This document shows positions 12,841 to 26,285 of a stretch of DNA of 64,000 nt, piece after piece. The notes under the pieces were generated by a model. It ran no database searches. It was not told the DNA's origin and worked only from the letters and a program-made list of their open reading frames with translations. Position numbers and translations under genes: made by a program. Origin of the DNA: Octopus bimaculoides (taxonomy: Eukaryota); assembly GCF_001194135.2 (NCBI RefSeq), contig NC_068992.1, positions 61,210,566 to 61,274,565 on the forward strand, written 5' to 3'. Positions within the stretch are counted from its first letter, which is position 1. Every line of letters starts with the position of its first letter.

Positions 12841-13961
12841 TGCTGGTACCTTTACAACATGACCGAGAAATTATCTTGTGGAGATAACCAAATAGCAGAA
12901 ATAATTTATAGTATCTAAAACTGAGAAGAGTAATCAGTAGGCATACTTTAGTGTAACTGGCAATATTGTTCAAGCATTGTCGGTGATCTTATTCCATTCT
13001 ACCAGCAAAATGGTGTTTATTATACCCTGTATCATTTTCATTAAAAGTGTAATAGTAAATTCATAATTTAATCCATGAAGGTGGATATTTTTTCTTGTTG
13101 CAAACCTTAAACTAAGGTGGAATTTCTTGTTAGGCTACACATTTACTGAATTACCTATCCTACTAGTGCTAAGTGACTGATGATTTATCTTCTGGAGATA
13201 AAATAAAATTAAGTTATAGAGTTACAGTGGCTTAAAGAACATATGCTACTTAACTGAAGAAGATAGAATGATAAGCCTTTGCTAACCCTAATGTTTGGCA
13301 AGTGAAGCATTAAGTTCAAGCCCCATCAGTGTTTTTTGTGTCTGACATTGATGCTCATAATGCCTAATATCACATTATCCCTCACCACTTCTGAATTCAA
13401 TGCAAGCAAGCAATATTTGTAAATGGTTGAATGATTTGTACAATATCCAATGTGTGTAAATCATATTGAAGAAGTTAGGACCATTCTCTAGAATAGCATA
13501 TATATATGTTCAATAATATGCAACTATATTTCATCATATTTCATGAATTTTGTTGGACGAATATCAGTTTTTTTATCTTAATACTTTTGCCTACATTATG
13601 CCTACATTATGGAAATACACTGCAATATTTGTATTATTGCCTCTTTTTCTTTGTGATATTTACATGAGAAAAAAAAAATATCAACAACCCCATACTATGA
13701 TTTTATTGTTTTCTTTCATGTCTTCTTTTCTGTATGTAACCAAGGTGTTTGATAAATTTCTATTCTGTATACTATTTAACTTTATCACCATTAAATACCT
13801 CAGTGTGTTACATCAGGGGTCCCCAATCACCAAACCTTGAACCAGTACCAGGCTGTGGATCATCTGGTACCAAACCACACAGAAAGAATAAATGTTAAAA
13901 TTCTATTTCTATTTTATTCTTTATCATTACCCGCAAGGTCTTTTTACATTATATTATTATA

Positions 13962-14178
13962 CAAAGGGCTGCTGAAAAGTTCCTGGCTTTGGGTAAAAGG
14001 AAGCACAGGAGGATCAGTTAATTATGATTTTATTGAACATATTCCCCTCTCAGATTCACACACTTATCGCAGCTGTCCTTCAGTTTTCCTAAGCCTTGTA
14101 AAAGAGCTCAGAAGGTTGGGTCTCCAACCAGGCTTTTTGTGATACCCTTAAAGCCAGGAACTTTTCAGCTTCCACTTG
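13962..14178. mobile_element. Tc1/mariner-type MITE
   Basis: About 29-bp TIRs caaagggctgctgaaaagttcctggcttt / aaagccaggaacttttcagcttccacttg, flanked by TA on both sides. Confidence 0.85.
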
Positions 14179-14218
14179 TATGTATGTAATTATTAAATTA
14201 CATATGTAATAATTAAAT

Positions 14219-14617
14219 TATTGAAGAAGGGCAAAAAAGGGATAATAGGAAAGCTTCTGACAATGCAGAAAGTTTCCCAACACCTTCATATTTCTGGTGC
14301 AAAGGCTCATCCTCAGAAAGAAAAACGGTCTGGGAAATGTCTAGTTATACAAATTCCGTTAATCCATTCTAAATCCTCAGCATTATGTTAGCAACAGCAC
14401 TCTCCAAATTACACCAATATTTGGAGATTGACTGTTGCTGCTAATATAATGCTGAGGGGTCTGAATGGGTAAACAGAACCTGTATAACTAAACATTTCCC
14501 AGACAGTTTTTTTTCTTCCGAGAATGGGGTCTTTGCACCTGGAATATAAAGGTTTTGTGAAACTTCTTGTATTGTCGGAAGCTTTCCTATTTACCCTTTT
14601 TTTCCCTTCTTTGATAT
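14219..14617. repeat. About 400-bp foldback palindrome
   Basis: Arms of about 190-200 bp, roughly 80% complementary by eye, with a 9-nt loop (14410-14418). Confidence 0.9.
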
Positions 14618-15158
14618 TACAATGCTTCAAGCAAACTACAATGCTTTTAATAAAATTATGTTATTGTGTTTTGTTATGTGTGTGACCCTCTGGTTCATGG
14701 AAAAATTCTCTTTTATGAAATTGGTTCATGATGCAAAAACGTTTGAGGACCCCTGCTTTCATGATATTCACTTTCAAAATGTACACAGAGAAAGGATATA
14801 GGGATATCATCTATTGTTTCTTTTACTTCAGATCATATTGCCATTAATATGAAATCCATATGTATACATGTATTTGTGTGTATTATTGTATGAATCAAAT
14901 TCTTCAGTTTAGGTAAATTCACATAACACAGAGGAAAAAGGACTTCAGTGTTTTGGGACTGACCTTTCAACTGAGAGGAACAAAGAGGTGTCCCAAAATG
15001 CTAGATTGCTTTCTGCCTTTATGGTATATGAATTTATGCAAATTTTGAATATCACTATATAAGTTTTATCAATTCAAGTTACTGCCTGTTTACTAGTAAT
15101 CTTTTTCTTTGTACATACACATCTATCTAGCTATCTCTTCATTCATTTGACTTAAAGC

Positions 15159-15195
<37 letters not shown>

Positions 15196-15254
15196 GAATG
15201 TGTGTGTGTATATATATGTCTGTGTGTGTGTGTGTGTATATATATACGTGTGTG

Positions 15255-15291
<37 letters not shown>

Positions 15292-15812
15292 NNNNNNNNN
15301 NNNNNNNNNNNNNNNNNNNNNNNNNNNNNNNNNNNNNNNNNNNNNNNNNNNNNNNNNNNNNNNNNNNNNNNNNNNNNNNNNNNNNNNNNNNNNNNNNNNN
15401 NNNNACACACACACACACACACACACATGCACACACACTTATTACCATTTTTTTTATTCATTCATCATTTTCACTAATACTTTCAACATTTCAGATATTT
15501 CACAGTCTCTCATCGAATCACAAATTCTGTTGTATTTCATCACATTATTTTATAAAAAAAAAAAAAAAAAAAAAATGATTGGATGCAAATATTTTAACCA
15601 TTTTTATTCTCATCAGCCATAATCTTTATCACTCCATGATAAAACAACCATGTGTTCACTCTGCCAGAAAAATAAAATAAAATGCACTAATTCAGAGATT
15701 TATCAAGTGAGCCATTTTTTTATAAACCAATAAACCCCAATCTCTGCTAATAATGAAGTTATTTCTACATGTTTAATCTTGACCTTCTTTATTTTTGTTC
15801 TTCTTTCTTCAG

Positions 15813-15833
15813 GATGAGGAAATCCCAAAGAAG
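15813..15833 (+). CDS. FRMD5: 21-nt microexon (DEEIPKK) in FERM C-lobe loop
   Basis: About 30-nt pyrimidine tract ending ttctttcttcag, then GATGAGGAAATCCCAAAGAAG|gtgagt; phase 0-0, no stop, fits between VNTAE and KQQPIG. Confidence 0.7.
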
Positions 15834-16242
15834 GTGAGTCAAGTGTGTTGCTCCTTGCTTTTACAAGGGCAATGAGGAGTGGTGCTGTGCTCTCTCTCTG
15901 CATATTTCTGTTTAACTGTTCACCATTCTCCCCCATTGTTTGATTTTGTCAAACCCACTAATAAAGTTAAGCTTTCAAATACATCCAGCAGTTATTTTTT
16001 TGTGTGTTATATGGGCATGGTGGTTCCAGACAAAAAAAAAAAAAAAANNNNNNNNNNAAAAAAAAAAAAAAAAATTTTCTTTTGTCTTTATTCATTATTC
16101 AGTGAGTGTATGTAATTCATCATATTAATAGATATGATTGTTAGAAAGGTTAATACTGTCCTTTCTGATTGTACTCTTCTACTGAAATGAAAATTTTGCA
16201 ATCACTTTCTCAGAATTATTATTAGTATTATTATTTTTAAAC

Positions 16243-16625
16243 CGGTAAGCTGGAAGAATTGTTAGCATGCCGGGTGAAACACTTTGTGGCACTTAGTTTG
16301 TCTTTACATTCTGAGTTCAAATTCTGCCGAGGGGGTTGATGTAATCAACTTAGCCCCCGCCCCAAAATTTCAGGCCTTGTGCCTATAGTAGAAAGGATTA
16401 TTATGGTGGTAGTGAGCTGGCAGAACTATTAGTATGCTGGACAAATTGGTGAGCGATATTTTGTTTGTCTTTATCTGTCTTTACTTTCTGATTTTTAAGC
16501 CCACCATGGTTGACTTTGCCTTTCATCCTTTTGGGGTCAAAGAAAATCAAACACTAGGGTCGGTGTAATCGACTATATCCCCACCCCCAAAATTTCAGGC
16601 CTTGTGCCTTTAGTAGAAAGGGTTA
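16243..16625 (+). mobile_element. Two tandem SINE family B copies
   Basis: Head gagctggcagaa..ttagca, B-box-like ctgagttcaaattc, core gactttgcctttcatccttt (Nin/Inv-like), (TTA)n tails. Confidence 0.8.
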
Positions 16626-17603
16626 TTATTATTATTATCATTTTTTAGGGGGATTGGTTTCAGTGTGGGTTGTTTTGTAATTTTTCTTTCCTAGCCCAAA
16701 GGATTAATTTTTCGTTATATTATTGCATAGGCCCTTCATTTTGCTTACAAACCTGTTTCATTAACAGACAAGTTTATACACTTTATTGCTTTTCCAAGCA
16801 AAAACACACAGCTACAAATACACACAAACACACATGCATACATACACGCACATAATATACCTATGTGTATATACGCATACACTGCTTGCTTCTTCAGCTT
16901 TGATGATAAATAAGCTTACTATTTGATAATGCAAATTTCTTATTTGGTCTATCTATGGTGCTATGTTACATTTCTGGCTATTTACCATTTTTATTATCTA
17001 TTACAATGCCATTTTAACATGGTTCAGTGCTTTGCAGTGTTTAGTTTATTTCTCATGTGTTATGAATTCATATTTCATCAGAAATTGTCTTTGCCTTTCA
17101 TTGGTTCACAGTGTAAAAAAAAAAATAAAGGTTAATTAGATAAGTACAAGTAACATCTGCATTATTTTAAATACTAACCAAGCCCAAGTGTTAGTTAAGT
17201 ACCCACTGACTATCTTCTGACACCAAATACTTCCATTATATATACCAATGAAGACAGTGGATTGCTAGAATCATTGGAGAAAATGTCTTGATGTAATTCT
17301 TCTGACTTTTTATATTCTGAGTTCAAATTCCACCAGGGTCAACTTTGCCTATCATCCTTTTGGGTTTCATAAAATAAAGTAGCAGTCATATACTGGGATT
17401 GACGGTAACAACCAAGCTTCTGTTGAAACTGCTAAACTTGTCCATAAATTGGGAATTATTGTATGTACCAATGTTTCTCATATTTGTTAAGAAAAAATAT
17501 AACACAGGCATACATATGTACATACATATAGAGATAAGCAGAGAGCTAGATAAAAAGTTAGCTGTCACCCAGGAATGAGTATGGCTTGGTAGGATGTACC
17601 ATC

Positions 17604-17825
17604 ATCATCATCATCATCATCATCGTTTAACGTCCGCTTTCCATGCTAGCATGGGTTGGACGATTTGACTGAGGACTGGTGAAACCGGATGGCAACACCA
17701 GGCTCCAGTCTGATTTGGCAGAGTTTCTACAGCTGGATGCCCTTCCTAACGCCAACCACTCAGAGAGTGTAGTGGGTGCTTTTACGTGTCACCCGCACGA
17801 AAACGGCCACGCTCGAAATGGTGTC
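17604..17825 (-). mobile_element. SINE family C with RTE-like 3' end (young copy, runs into gap)
   Basis: (CAT)n followed by cgtttaacgtccgctttccatgctagcatggg; CpGs intact; near-identical to 47852-48163. Confidence 0.8.
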
Positions 17826-18431
17826 NNNNNNNNNNNNNNNNNNNNNNNNNNNNNNNNNNNNNNNNNNNNNNNNNNNNNNNNNNNNNNNNNNNNNNNNNNN
17901 NNNNNNNNNNNNNNNNNNNNNNNNNNNNNNNNNNNNNNNNNNNNNNNNNNNNNNNNNNNNNNNNNNNNNNNNNNNNNNNNNNNNNNNNNNNNNNNNNNNN
18001 NNNNNNNNNNNNNNNNNNNNNNNNNNNNNNNNNNNNNNNNNNNNNNNNNNNNNNNNNNNNNNNNNNNNNNNNNNNNNNNNNNNNNNNNNNNNNNNNNNNN
18101 NNNNNNNNNNNNNNNNNNNNNNNNNNNNNNNNNNNNNNNNNNNNNNNNNNNNNNNNNNNNNNNNNNNNNNNNNNNNNNNNNNNNNNNNNNNNNNNNNNNN
18201 NNNNNNNNNNNNNNNNNNNNNNNNNNNNNNNNNNNNNNNNNNNNNNNNNNNNNNNNNNNNNNNNNNNNNNNNNNNNNNNNNNNNNNNNNNNNNNNNNNNN
18301 NNNNNNNNNNNNNNNNNNNNNNNNNNNNNNNNNNNNNNNNNNNNNNNNNNNNNNNNNNNNNNNNNNNNNNNNNNNNNNNNNNNNNNNNNNNNNNNNNNNN
18401 NNNNNNNNNNNNNNNNNNNNNNNNNNNNNNN
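17826..18431. other. Assembly gap (N); other gaps at 4372-4730, 15292-15405, 48164-48602, 50422-50643 and 61908-62052, plus two 10-N gaps
   Basis: N runs; small exons could be hidden in them. Confidence 0.99.
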
Positions 18432-18484
18432 AATATAACAAAAGACTGTTACTCGGAGTTTCCCGTTCATCGGACAGTTTTGTT

Positions 18485-18527
18485 AGATGTCCGATGAACG
18501 GGAACGTGAAACTCTGAGTAACAGTCT
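18485..18527 (+). ncRNA. Minimal type I hammerhead-ribozyme-like motif (PLE type)
   Basis: AGATGT-CCGATGA-ACG(GGAA)CGT-GAAA-CTC(T)GAG-TA^-ACAGTCT. Stems I, II and a palindromic stem III all pair; U4 is C. Confidence 0.6.
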
Positions 18528-18557
18528 TTTGTTATACTTCTGCTGCTTTTAAATAAA

Positions 18558-18600
<43 letters not shown>

Positions 18601-21004
18601 GGTGCTGCTCAGCTTAATGATACAGAGTACTCAGCCTGTATCTGAGAAGTATAGGGTTTGATTCTCTGTAGCCATGTGCTGGCATCTTTTTAATGGTGGT
18701 GCCCCAACATGGCCAAAGCTCTCGAGCTGAAACTAGCAAAGAAAAAATATATAAAACAGTGGATGTTAAAATTATGATGAGTATATATATCAACACACAC
18801 ACACATGCATATATACATATATATATCAAATTATCCAGTGTATATGATTTGCAGGCTTGAGATAAAAACTAGTATATGTTATACTTAGCAACAATTGACT
18901 TCTGTAAGATACCCCACTCCATTTCTGCTCTTTACGAATAAAGATTGAATATATGATCCCTCCTTTCCTCACCACTGTAGAATTTAGGTTATTTGCATAG
19001 AAAACGAGACCTTTGTTTTATGTGTTACATGTTACACAAGTGCATGCAATCAAATCTTATTCAAAAGACGTGTGAATGTAGAAATACATGACCTGAAGAT
19101 GCCTTGAGAGTACACTGATTTTGAAACTTAGTGTAGACAAAATCACACAAACACATATGTTAGTTGAGGTTAATTGTTGATATAGTCTAATGAAATGCTC
19201 ACTAATCAACTGTCACTTTCACTGAATATATTTCACTATCAGATATTTGGATTGCACTGTTTTTAGTTTAGTTTAAATGTTGCAAGTTTTATTCACATAT
19301 GCACATACATACACACATGTGTACACAAAACTAATCAAATGGTTAACAACATTTACATATATTTCTCATTCATTTATGTATATTTTTTATGGAGTGAAAT
19401 TACACTAAAATTTTCAGTTAGCTTTTTTTGTTTTTTTTTTTAAAGTTTCAATAAGAATGTTTTTAGCTTTAATTTGATAGTAGGTTTTCTTTTCTTTTTT
19501 TTTTTTCAAATCTTTCTCTTAGAACATTTCCAAAGTTCATTACATTTCAAAATTATATTTTGTTTGTAATTCTTTATTCTTTTACTAATGAGCAAACATT
19601 TCTTTCCAGTTATACTACATCTGACTATAAACTCCTGCAAAAATGCCATCAATTTTATCATTTTTCATCTTTCATCCTTCCAGGGTTGATAAAATAAGTA
19701 CTTGTCAATGACTGATGTTGTTTTTGACTGTTTTTCTCCCCTCAAAATATGGGGCCTTTACACTATCATTAGAAATTATTATTAAAGCCTCACACAAATT
19801 GTAAATGCTCCCTAAAATGTTCCCTTTATCTAATGTCTTATGGCACATAAAAGAAATATTAATAATAATAATAATGATTAATAATAGTAATAATAATAGA
19901 TATTATTATTATTGAGTTAGAGCAGCACATGCCATCAAAATGAGACTAGGGGTACAAATATATGAAGCCCAATATACCCATCATGACTACCTGCCTGATA
20001 AGGATACACCAGGCATATACATCACAACCATATGTGTGTGACCTGGTGATCCCATATTGAGATAAACAGCACATGATCTTGCAGGTGGAGCCCAGTTAGA
20101 ATTTTCTTCAGGCTGAGCAGCCCATCTTGCTCAAAAAGTTTCTGAATAAGGGTTGTTTAAGGTTGATGAACAAAACACCAGTGTTTCTGGGGGTGAATTA
20201 TTCAAACCCCAAACAATCCCATTCAACACATGGCTTGGAGTGATGACCTAGCAGAATCTTTGCATGTCAGACAAAATGCTACGAAGCATTTCATCTCTCT
20301 TACATTCCAAGTTCTGATTCTGCTGAGGTTGACTTTGCCTGTCATCCTTTCAGGCTTGGTAAAATAAGTACTATTTGAGCATTGGGGTTGATGCGATTGA
20401 TCTACGCACTCCCTCAAAATATCAGGTCTTGTGCCCATAGTAGAAAGAATTATTATTATTATTAAAAAAAAGTGTCAAGCTGGCAGAATCGTTAGCATAC
20501 TGGACAAAATGCTTAGTAGCATTCTACCTGTGGTTACATTCTGAGTTCAAAATCCACTAAGGTTGACAGTTTGAATGGAACTGGTAAGCCAGAGAGCTGT
20601 ACCGGGCTCCAATCTGATTTGGCTTGGTTTCTACAGTTGGATGCCCTTTCTAATACCAATCACTCCAATAGTGTAGTGGGTGCCTTTTATGTGTCCCCAG
20701 TACTGTCTACAACTACAATTTCACTTGGCCTGATTAGCCTTCTCAAGCATAGCAAACTACCAAAGGTCTTGATCATTTGTCATTGCCTCCGTGAGACCCA
20801 ACAGCCGAAGATAATGCTTCACCACCTCATCCCATCACTTCCTGGGTCTACCTCTTCCACAGGTTCTTACCACAGTTAAGGATCGGCACTTCTAAACTTA
20901 TATATGTGTGTGTGTGTGTAAATTGAGGATATACTCATTAAAATGATTATATCAGTGGCCAACGTATAATAAGCACCATGTTGGTAAAATTAATATTTAA
21001 GTAT

Positions 21005-21216
21005 ATAATTATATATATAATTATAATTAAGTGTGCTAGAGGAACAATGCCAATATGCTAGAAGTAGATGCCAAATGTCTAAAAGCCACTCTAAATTTTG
21101 TTCTCTTTTTTGCAAAAAGGACAAAATTTAGAGTGGTTCATAGACATTTGACATCTATGTCTAGCATATTGGCCTTGTCCCTCCAACGCCCTTAATTATA
21201 ATCATATATTTATAAT
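21005..21216. repeat. About 210-bp foldback palindrome
   Basis: Arms of about 105 bp centred on tttttgcaaaaa (21111-21114), almost no loop. Confidence 0.9.
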
Positions 21217-21225
21217 CATATACTT

Positions 21226-21257
<32 letters not shown>

Positions 21258-22260
21258 TTATACATACAAAAATACATATGTAAGTGTATGTATGTATTGT
21301 TATGGTCCCAAAATAGTCAAAACGACAACATCCAGTATTTAGATTTTTCTGATTAAAGAAAACACAAAAAGAAATAAAAAAAAAAAAGACAAATTCCTCT
21401 TGTTTTTTTATAATAAAAAAAAAAAAAAGTGACAAATGTTCTTGTTTTATTAAACCTAGAATTACCTTTCTGTTGTAGATGACTGGCAGCAAATATTTGT
21501 GCACTGGCACAGACATGGTAAAATCAGGATTTCTTTCATTGGTTCTGGTTATTGGGAAATTAAAAAAAAAATATTTTTGATAAAAATTTCTTTTAATACC
21601 ACTTTTCTGTGTGGCTATGCAACTTAGCGAGTCAGTAGCTGTCATGACACCAGGAGCCAATATTTGTACCATTAGCCAGTTTCTGAAATTTCTTTCAGAA
21701 TCTGCTGGTTTTATTATTTGTTGATAAGAATTAACTGCTTTTTACTTTTTTTTTCTTTGTCTTTGCTTTGAAGTTTTCTTCATTAGCTTTTCTCTTTCTC
21801 TTATTTATTTAATATTTTCATCTATTTCTTTTGCAAGCTTCATCTTTATTTTATCATTTAAACTGCATATAATTGTATTTTTAAAAATCATCATCATTAT
21901 TATTTACGTTAAGATTTGATTGGTATTTTTATTTAGTTAAGTGGTTTTATTTATTTTATTACTATTTGGCATTATTTTTTTTTTTTTCATGTTTAAGAAT
22001 CAACTCTTTTTTTTTTTCTACCTAACATTAATTGAATTTCTTGTCTTTGAATCCAAATCCATCTTTAAACCTTTATTCAACAAATATTAAATGATGTAAA
22101 CTGATAAAATTTAGCTTGAAGAGATTATCTACATTAAAAGATATTTTTTACTGTGAATTAGAACCAACAATTATAAATAAATTTTTATTTTGGGTGGGTC
22201 ATTCTGCTAATAACCACACACACATTGACTAATCTTATTATAATAAATAATCAATCAATC

Positions 22261-22622
22261 AGGCATGGCTTCATGGTAAGAAGCTTTCCAACCACATGGT
22301 TTCGGGTTCAGTCCCACTGTGTGGCACCTTGGGTAGGTGTCTTCTATAGCCTCTGGCAGACCAAACCCTTCTGAGTGGATTTGGTAGAGGGAAACTGAAA
22401 GAAGCCTTTATATATCTGTGTGTGTCTGTGTTTGTCCGCACCACCACTTGACAACCAGTGTTGGTGTATGTGTCCCTGTAACGTAGCAGTTTGGCAAAAG
22501 AGACCAATAGAATAAGTACCAGACTTAAAAAAAAAGTACTGGGGTTGATTCATTTGACTAAAAATTCAAGGTGGTGCCCCAGCATGGCCACACTCTAATG
22601 ACTGAAACAAGTAAAAGGAAAA
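22261..22622 (+). mobile_element. SINE family A
   Basis: Full head, core and tail matching 31086-31472. Confidence 0.85.
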
Positions 22623-23321
22623 AAGAAATTAATCACTCAATTTGTGAAAGGATGTTTATATATAACTGTTGCCTTTTCATTTGTTTCTAAATAAAATTAG
22701 CTGAACATTTTAATTCACAAATTGTAAATTTAGAAATTTAATTGAATATAAGATCCTGTTAGCATATCGGCAATGTAGTAAAGCAGGAGACAGCAGTTCA
22801 GTTCCCACATTGTGCTAGTCATTTTCTTTTTCTCTTCTTTGTTCTTTTTTTCTTATTTATTAACACACTTTTTCATTAAATATATATCTGTTTCTGATTT
22901 TGGTCACATTAATCTTGGCTAATTAAGAAACTTAATTTTCTAAAATCATCTTTTTTTTTTTATGACAGCTTAAGTCACCAATTATGATCCTCATTAGCCA
23001 GTGAGGATGCATCAGTGTTAGGAGTAAACTGCAATCTGTGGGACTTTCTGAATGGCATACCTGATGAATCGTTAAAATGACCATTAGTCATATATTATGT
23101 ACAATGAACTGTATTTCAAAAGTTCCATTGTACAGATATATGTGTATTCTATAAATCAGAAGGTTTTGATTGCTTGAATGAAGTTATTTTTTCTCCTTAA
23201 ATCAATTAATGCAGACCAAGCTAAATTAAAACAACAAGAAATTGTGAAGTTATGAATAAACAGAAGAATTATAATAATCTTCCTCTAAAGGACATTTTTA
23301 TTATTACAATTGTTATTATTA

Positions 23322-23990
23322 TTCAGGCAGCATGTTAGCAGTCGTTAGCATACCAGGTGAAATACTTAGTGGTATTCCATCTGTTTTTACGCTCAGAGAT
23401 TAAATTCTGCCATGGTGAACTTTGCCTTTCATCCTCTTGAGGTCGATAAATTAAGTACCAGTGAAACCCTGGGGTCGCTGTAATCGACTCGTCCCCCGCC
23501 TCCAAAATTTCAGGCCTTGTACCTATAGTAATAAGGATTATTATTATTATTATGAAGGCAGAATCGTTAGCATATTGGACAAAATGTTTAGTGGCATTTC
23601 GTCTGTCTTTTTTGGTCTGAGTTCAAATGCCACCGAGGTCAACTTTGCCTTTCACCCTTCTAGGCTTGATAAAATAAGTACCATTTGAGTACTGGGGTTG
23701 GTGTAATCGACTTATCCCTACTCGAAGTTGCTGGCCTTGTGCGAAAATTTGAAATCATCATTGTTATTATTAAACTGACAGAATCGTTAGTACCTGGAGA
23801 AAAATGCAGTGTGGCATTTCATCCACTTTTATGTTCTGGGTTCCAATTCTGCTGAAGCCAACTTTGTCTTCCATCTTTTGGGGTCAGAAAAAATAAGTAC
23901 TGAACACTAGGGTTGATGTGATCAACTTAATTTTCCCCTAAAATTACTGGTCTTGTACCTATAGCAGAAAGGATTCTTATTAGCATTACC
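23322..23990 (+). mobile_element. Three head-to-tail SINE family B copies
   Basis: Repeated core at about 23420, 23640 and 23860, separated by (TTA)n tails. Confidence 0.8.
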
Positions 23991-25239
23991 TTTAATCCCT
24001 TCCAATAAATTTTAGTATTATAGTTGAAGTTTAATAAAGACTTATTAAAAATCACATTCTTCATGATGTAATCTAAGATACCCATATTTGCTAAAATAGT
24101 CTTTGAATAACTCTGCTTGAAAATATAAATGGGATGGTCACGGCTGGCTGAATCACACATAATAACTACTTGGATTTGATTTCTTTATGGATAAACAACT
24201 TAGGTTGTGGACAAAAATATGGGGTTATCTCCCTTAGATTATGTACTGTTTTATTTATACAGTTACAGTGACCTGCTCTTCTATTCACTTTCACTGTTTA
24301 TGCTCCTGTGAAAGATATACATGCTAGAACATTGCATTTTCTCTTCTTCTTCTTTTGTGTTTGTTGATCTAAGATATTAACACCATTAATAAACGAAAAT
24401 GGGATGCACTTTTTATTTATTTATTTATTATTCAATAGGTTATATTTTCACAATGGCTACAGGCTACAATATTGGTGTCTGGTTTGCTGAGGGCAGCTGC
24501 TTTAGCAGTACTTAGCTACTTCCTTGTTATTCATTTTGGCAGCTAATATATATTTTGCTACTAAACTTACTTTTTGCTTCAATAGAATTCATCACAAGCA
24601 CTCCAGCAATAAATATTCATTCTATCTTTATTATTATTATTCTGTCTATGATAATTATTGCAATCTTTTTCCTGTCTTTTTTATCTATTTTTTTTTTTCA
24701 ATTATTGAAATGTATCTTGCATGATGAAAATCTACTTTTTTTAAAGTAATAATAATAATAATAATAAATGTAATAATAATAATTAATATTATTATTATTT
24801 TTATTTTTATCATTATTTATTAATATTACCATTATATTAACAACTATTCTTAGTTGTTCTTTGTTCATTTCATTAAAAATATATATTTTAATCTTATTTT
24901 TTTTTTTAAATTATCAAAATTTGAAGTAGTTTATTGTTTTAGATTTTTTAAGCATCTGCTGTATAGTGTACTTTGCAAATTCACATTTGAAAATGTTTAT
25001 TTTTTTAATATATGTATGTACATGTGAGTATATTTATGCACACACACACACACAAATATGCACACGCACGCACACACGCACGCACACAATCAATATACTC
25101 TTACATATACATAAATGCCTGTTCTGTTCTGTAGATAGCCATGAGTTTTTTTGGAACTAACAATTAATTGGTTGATTTAATATGTAAACATGAAAATAAG
25201 ACAATTTTGTACTTGTATCAATGTATGTATGTCTATGTA

Positions 25240-25287
<48 letters not shown>

Positions 25288-25810
25288 GTATATGTAATGT
25301 GTGTGTACATATATACATACACACGCACACACTGTATATAAATAATGTATGTATAATGTATACATGTGAGTGTGTGTATGTATAACATTAGTTATGCATA
25401 TGTATGTATTTCTCTATATATATTACGCATATATAGTGCACAATTTAGAAGATGATTGCATATCAGCAGAAAATACACAAACGAATTTTGATTGGTCTTC
25501 CTTCCACTGCTTTTTTTGGCCAAGCTCTGATCACAAGCTAATGGTATTCTTTAGTCAGCTGGATGGCCATACCATACGAATCTTTGCTTAATCATGCTTC
25601 AATTGATCTTTACCAATATTTCTTCAGCAACTTATGTATCTTAGTATTATAGTTTCTTAATTTCACATCTCTTCAAAATGGTCTTGCCTTTTAGTTAGTA
25701 CATTTTTTCTATCTCTTTTTCTGGCTTTCTACTTGAAAGAAATTTTTAAAAATTGTTCTTTCAGTTTTATATGCATACATGCATGCAATTAAACACCCAT
25801 ATACAGTTAC

Positions 25811-25883
<73 letters not shown>

Positions 25884-26129
25884 TCAAACACATACAGCAA
25901 TTGTTTAATGACTAGGTTAGAAGTCCTCAAACATTCCTTAATCTAAACTATGTGGAGAAACAGGGAGGATACAACCAGAAAGGATATATCAACTACATAC
26001 ATGCACACACATACACATGTATGTCCACTTTTTGGTGGAAGATTATATTTATTATTATATACATTCTTTTATTTTGAACTTAAAGATAATGGAAAGTGAA
26101 ATAACCATATTCTATCATTATAATTGTGT

Positions 26130-26173
<44 letters not shown>

Positions 26174-26285
26174 ACACTTGACTGAGCTCCACAACTACCT
26201 TGACTTAATATATCTAGGTTTCATGGTGTATGTGTAGAGAGAGAGAAAGAAAAAGAAAGCTAAACATAATTATTATCTTCATTAT

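Noticed and set aside
15123-15622. ORFs of IYIY/CVCV/THTH type and X-filled ORFs here and at 4299, 17679, 47928, 50368 and 63282
   Set aside because: Translations of dinucleotide microsatellites and N gaps.
19090-19140. CTGAAGA...GAAAC...GTA hammerhead-like core
   Set aside because: No complementary stem I or stem II.
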